Shown in pieces: positions 60,660 to 64,000 of a DNA stretch of 64,000 nt. Where the stretch lies: the NCBI GenBank assembly GCA_964036045.1, contig OZ038378.1:13020001-13084000 (forward strand), written 5' to 3'. Within the stretch, counting starts at the first letter, position 1, and the number at the start of each line of letters is the position of its first letter. Under the pieces are notes generated by a model. That model was not told the origin of the DNA. It saw only the letters and a list, made by a program, of their open reading frames with translations, and ran no database searches. The translations under genes and the position numbers were made by a program. This DNA is from Eutreptiella sp. 'Long Island Sound 2002'. Its lineage: Eukaryota > Protista > Euglenida.

Positions 60660-61837
60660 GCGGAAGAGCCACTGCCTAGAACGCTGGTGCGGCCACCCAT
60701 AGTTTTGTTCCACGGCATCGCTCCAAGAGTGGCCCTTGGAGGACGTCCTCGTAGCGGCATTGTGTGGTGGGTGATGGTACAGCAATGGGTCCCGGGCGTG
60801 GGCTACGTGACCGATGCGGAGCTGGCCCTAGATTTCGATCACGCTTCGATCAGGCTGTACGGCAACAATGGGGCTGCTATGCCCCTCCGAAGCATTGTTA
60901 TTGAGGGAGAGGGGATAGGTGCTGCAGCTTGCGGTGGACACATTGCAGCCTGTGCTTGAGTTGGGCACCTTGCTGGAGGCTCGCTTGAGCTAGTTTTGCA
61001 CCTTCTTGGTGCCTTTGCGGGGCTTCAAGTGTGTGAGGCACCCGAAGCGCCCAGTTTTTCATCCACTAAGCGGACATGTAGCAGCATGTTGTGCGCTGAC
61101 GGAGAGGCGGGCTTTAGTCGCAATGGCTGGCTAGGAGCGGTAGATGGGAGCTTTAGACAGGAGTGGCCTCCCTGTGTCATTGTGGCAAAGGGACCTGGCC
61201 TCTAACCTCCAGTCTTTGAGCCCTTTGCGCGCCCTTGACGGCCGGTGTTGCCCCAGACCCCTCTAGGCCCTCACCTGCCCTTCCGATGTTAGGAGTTCCA
61301 ATCAACCTTGCCCGAGCTAGGGGCATTGCTCCTGGGGAGCTAGGGTCATGGCTCCTTAGGAGCTAGGGTCAAAGGTTGGCATTGCTCCTCAAGAGCTAGG
61401 AGCAAAGGAAGGGGTGGGGAAATAAATTCGACAATTGACAGTTAACTATGGTCTATGTATGGGGTTTTCCATGATGAATGAATTTATAAGTAAAATGGTT
61501 GTCATGAAATCTCATACGTTGGTTTTCCCGAGCGGATTCGTAATAATTGATTACGCTGATATTTATTACTTTGGAATTGAATCTCTCACGAGCTTAGTAA
61601 AGGAAAAAACAGCCTAGGATGTTGTTTGCGAAACAAAATTACACCCAAGGTGCATGGCTATAGGAGCTTCAAGTTTTTACATTTTCGAAACAAAGTATCT
61701 TCTTAAGTGACCTTCGTCACCAAGCAAACGTTAAAGCAAAGGAAACAAATGTCTAGTAGAGCCTCTAGAGTGCAAAAAATGCAACCTTTGGGTTGTTGGT
61801 AATCTTGCACGATTGATGGGGACCATAGGTTGGAACG

Positions 61838-62335
61838 GTGCAAAACAATAAGCAGAAAGCAAAAATCACCTTCGTTTCTTTTACCTCCCCAAAAGACAAG
61901 GACCGTGGTCCTCCGGAGCAAGATTGCTCTTCAGGGGCACTGGTGGTGCTTCTTAGGATCAATCCCCCGGCGGCGGGCGCCAAGCCAAGGGCTTCCCAAA
62001 AGTCTGTGGCGAACCGCCTCCACATCCCACCAAGCGGCAATCTAGTGTCGTGGGACCACCGCACGGCCCCGGACCAAGGTCGGAAGATCAGGGACATGGT
62101 TAGCGGGTACGTGTTGACGGCAGCAGCGCACAACACCCCGCCCCCTGGCCAAGCGACCCCCCGGCCTGTCCTTCTCATTATGGTCGAGGCAAGCCATTTC
62201 TATCATGTGCGCGTCGTCCTGCAACCGGAGACCGGGCGGTGGGACCTCGAAGTAGTCGACTCCATGATCGCCACCACCGCACCCCTGCCAAACTCCCTCA
62301 CTACCCTAGACCCGGTCCAACCTCCGGGAAGGTGA
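61838..62335 (+). pseudogene. ORF fragment with a Ulp1/C48-protease-like His...Asp segment, likely from a mobile element
   Basis: VLLIMVEASHFYHVRVVLQPETGRWDLEVVDSM resembles the hydrophobic strand-HW-strand-strand-DS pattern. No catalytic Gln/Cys before the stop. Confidence 0.35.
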
Positions 62336-63847
62336 GAGATGGACGCTCCTGAGAATTGCCGACCCTGCTCCTGAGGAGCCAGGTCCTCAGGAGCACTGAC
62401 CCTGGCTCCTCAGGAGCACCAACCCAGTACTGCTCCTCAGGACCACCAACCCTGATAAATGCTCCTCGAGAGCACCAACCCTGTACGAGCTCCAGGGTCG
62501 GCCATTCTCAAGAGCGGCGATTTTCGTGTCAAGCATTTTGCTCCTAAGCGAAGGGCATACCCTGCCTTAGGGCTCCTTGCCCCCATAGCACCGGCAAACG
62601 ACAGCCCAGACCCCCTTGTGTGACATTCTGTGGGGTTGCGGTTTCTTTACGCGCACATGGACAGTCACCCGTTCTTCCCTTTGCATGTTGTGTCCGGTCA
62701 ATGCTTTCTTACGGCCCATGCAGCCAGGTTGTGCAGTTGTTGCGGGGGTCATTTTACAGTTTTTGCTGAGAATTCCCCTCAGCATTCGGATGGTCCGCCA
62801 CATGTCGTGTGTGTGAGGCCCAGTTGCTCCACCCCTCCGCGTGTTGTCTTGGTTGTCTGCCACCTGCCTCCCCGTGTTGCCATGTGCGCGTGGCCCAATT
62901 ACTCCACCTCTCCATGTGGTGCCGGTGGGCATTGCACTCAATTTCATGGTTTCTATGGGTGTCGTGCACACCTCCGTGGGTCACACACTCCTTTGAGGTT
63001 GATGTGGGTGTCTTGCGCGCCTCCGTGGTGGCAAGGGTCGTTTGCACCACACTATGTCCGTGCCGATGCCCTTGGTTCTTCCCACCCCAGTTTTGTCCCA
63101 GGCTCCTTCCCTTTCCTAACCACTCTCAAGAACCGCGCTGCAGGGGTCCCATCGGTGGCCCTCCGGGTGCCCCATCCCCTGCGTGCAGACATTTCCACAC
63201 GGCGCCTCAGCCCCCCCCCCTTGGGTGCTGGTGCTGCCGTGGTCAGGTGCCCCACATGGTGGCAGGAGCAAGCTTTACCCTGCCATGCCGCGTGCCGGAC
63301 TGGCGTCCGATGCTTGCCACACGTCTGGTGCATGGGGTACTATTTACGTGGGCAGTGGCCTATTCAGGTCGTGGACGCTTATGTGAAGGGTTGGGAAGGG
63401 GGTTAGCAGGTTAGAGCTGGCTGGACGCCTGTGCTATCCCTCCCCTGCGCGCCCTGTGCTTTGCGGCACGATGGAACAACCTGCTATTTACGTGGGAGAC
63501 CCATACATTGTTGTGGAGTAGCGACCATATTTGTTCACATCTGGGATGGTGGTCGCTTCATGGCCGGTCTCTACCCCTTCAGCTGAGTCAGAACCCCAAG
63601 AGGAAAGCAAGAGACCAAGTTATCTCAGAGTTTGCCCCGGCTGCCTGGTTCTTGTCATCTGCCTCCATCCCCTGTGGCCGAGAGGCTGCTGGCGAGGGTG
63701 GAATGGGGCTCTTTGGCTTCCGCCGGTGGAGTTGGGGCTGTGTGTGGTGACCTTATTGGCTTGGGGGGCATCTGCTGTGTGTGCGGGTGTGCTGAGGGCA
63801 GGCATGTTTGTTTGTGCAGGCAGCCATTCCCATCCAGGTTTGATCAG

Positions 63848-63855
63848 TGTGTGTT

Positions 63856-63919
<64 letters not shown>

Positions 63920-64000
63920 CGTGCGTGCGTGTGTGCCTGCATGCGTGTGTGTGTGTGTATGTGTGTGTGTGTGTGTGTATGTGTGTGTGTGTGTGTGTGT
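63848..64000. repeat. (TG)n microsatellite running off the window end
   Basis: Direct reading. Confidence 0.95.

Overview
Repeat-rich eukaryotic genomic DNA, inferred to be from a euglenid (articulin/epiplasmin-like protein, likely trans-splice acceptor, tandem box C/D snoRNA genes). Two divergent, intron-rich protein-coding genes can be assembled by hand with phase-consistent GT-AG junctions. (1) Minus strand: a tandem-domain nucleoside-diphosphate-kinase-like gene with exons 14385-13995, 4574-4329 and 3183-2632; its 5' exon is not resolved. (2) Plus strand: a ~27-kb gene (17728-44961, 12-13 exons) encoding a V/P/E/R-rich N-terminus, xDGT repeats, a coiled coil and a Lys-rich tail. The best hidden feature is in an intron of gene 2: the 107/108-bp 'satellite' at 21961-23865 is an 18-copy sense-strand array of a box C/D snoRNA-like unit (C, D', C', D boxes). 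Its D-box guide resembles the U80/snR60 guide for the conserved LSU rRNA AUAGGGG(C/U)GAAAG segment. The rest is a mosaic of foldback/TIR elements (one carrying a PHD-finger ORF), satellites in opposite orientations around three exons, tRNA-derived sequences, microsatellites, degenerate element remnants and a 200-N gap. Most ORFs in the supplied track are non-coding artefacts of repeats. No database searches were run; family assignments are from recognised motifs and memory.
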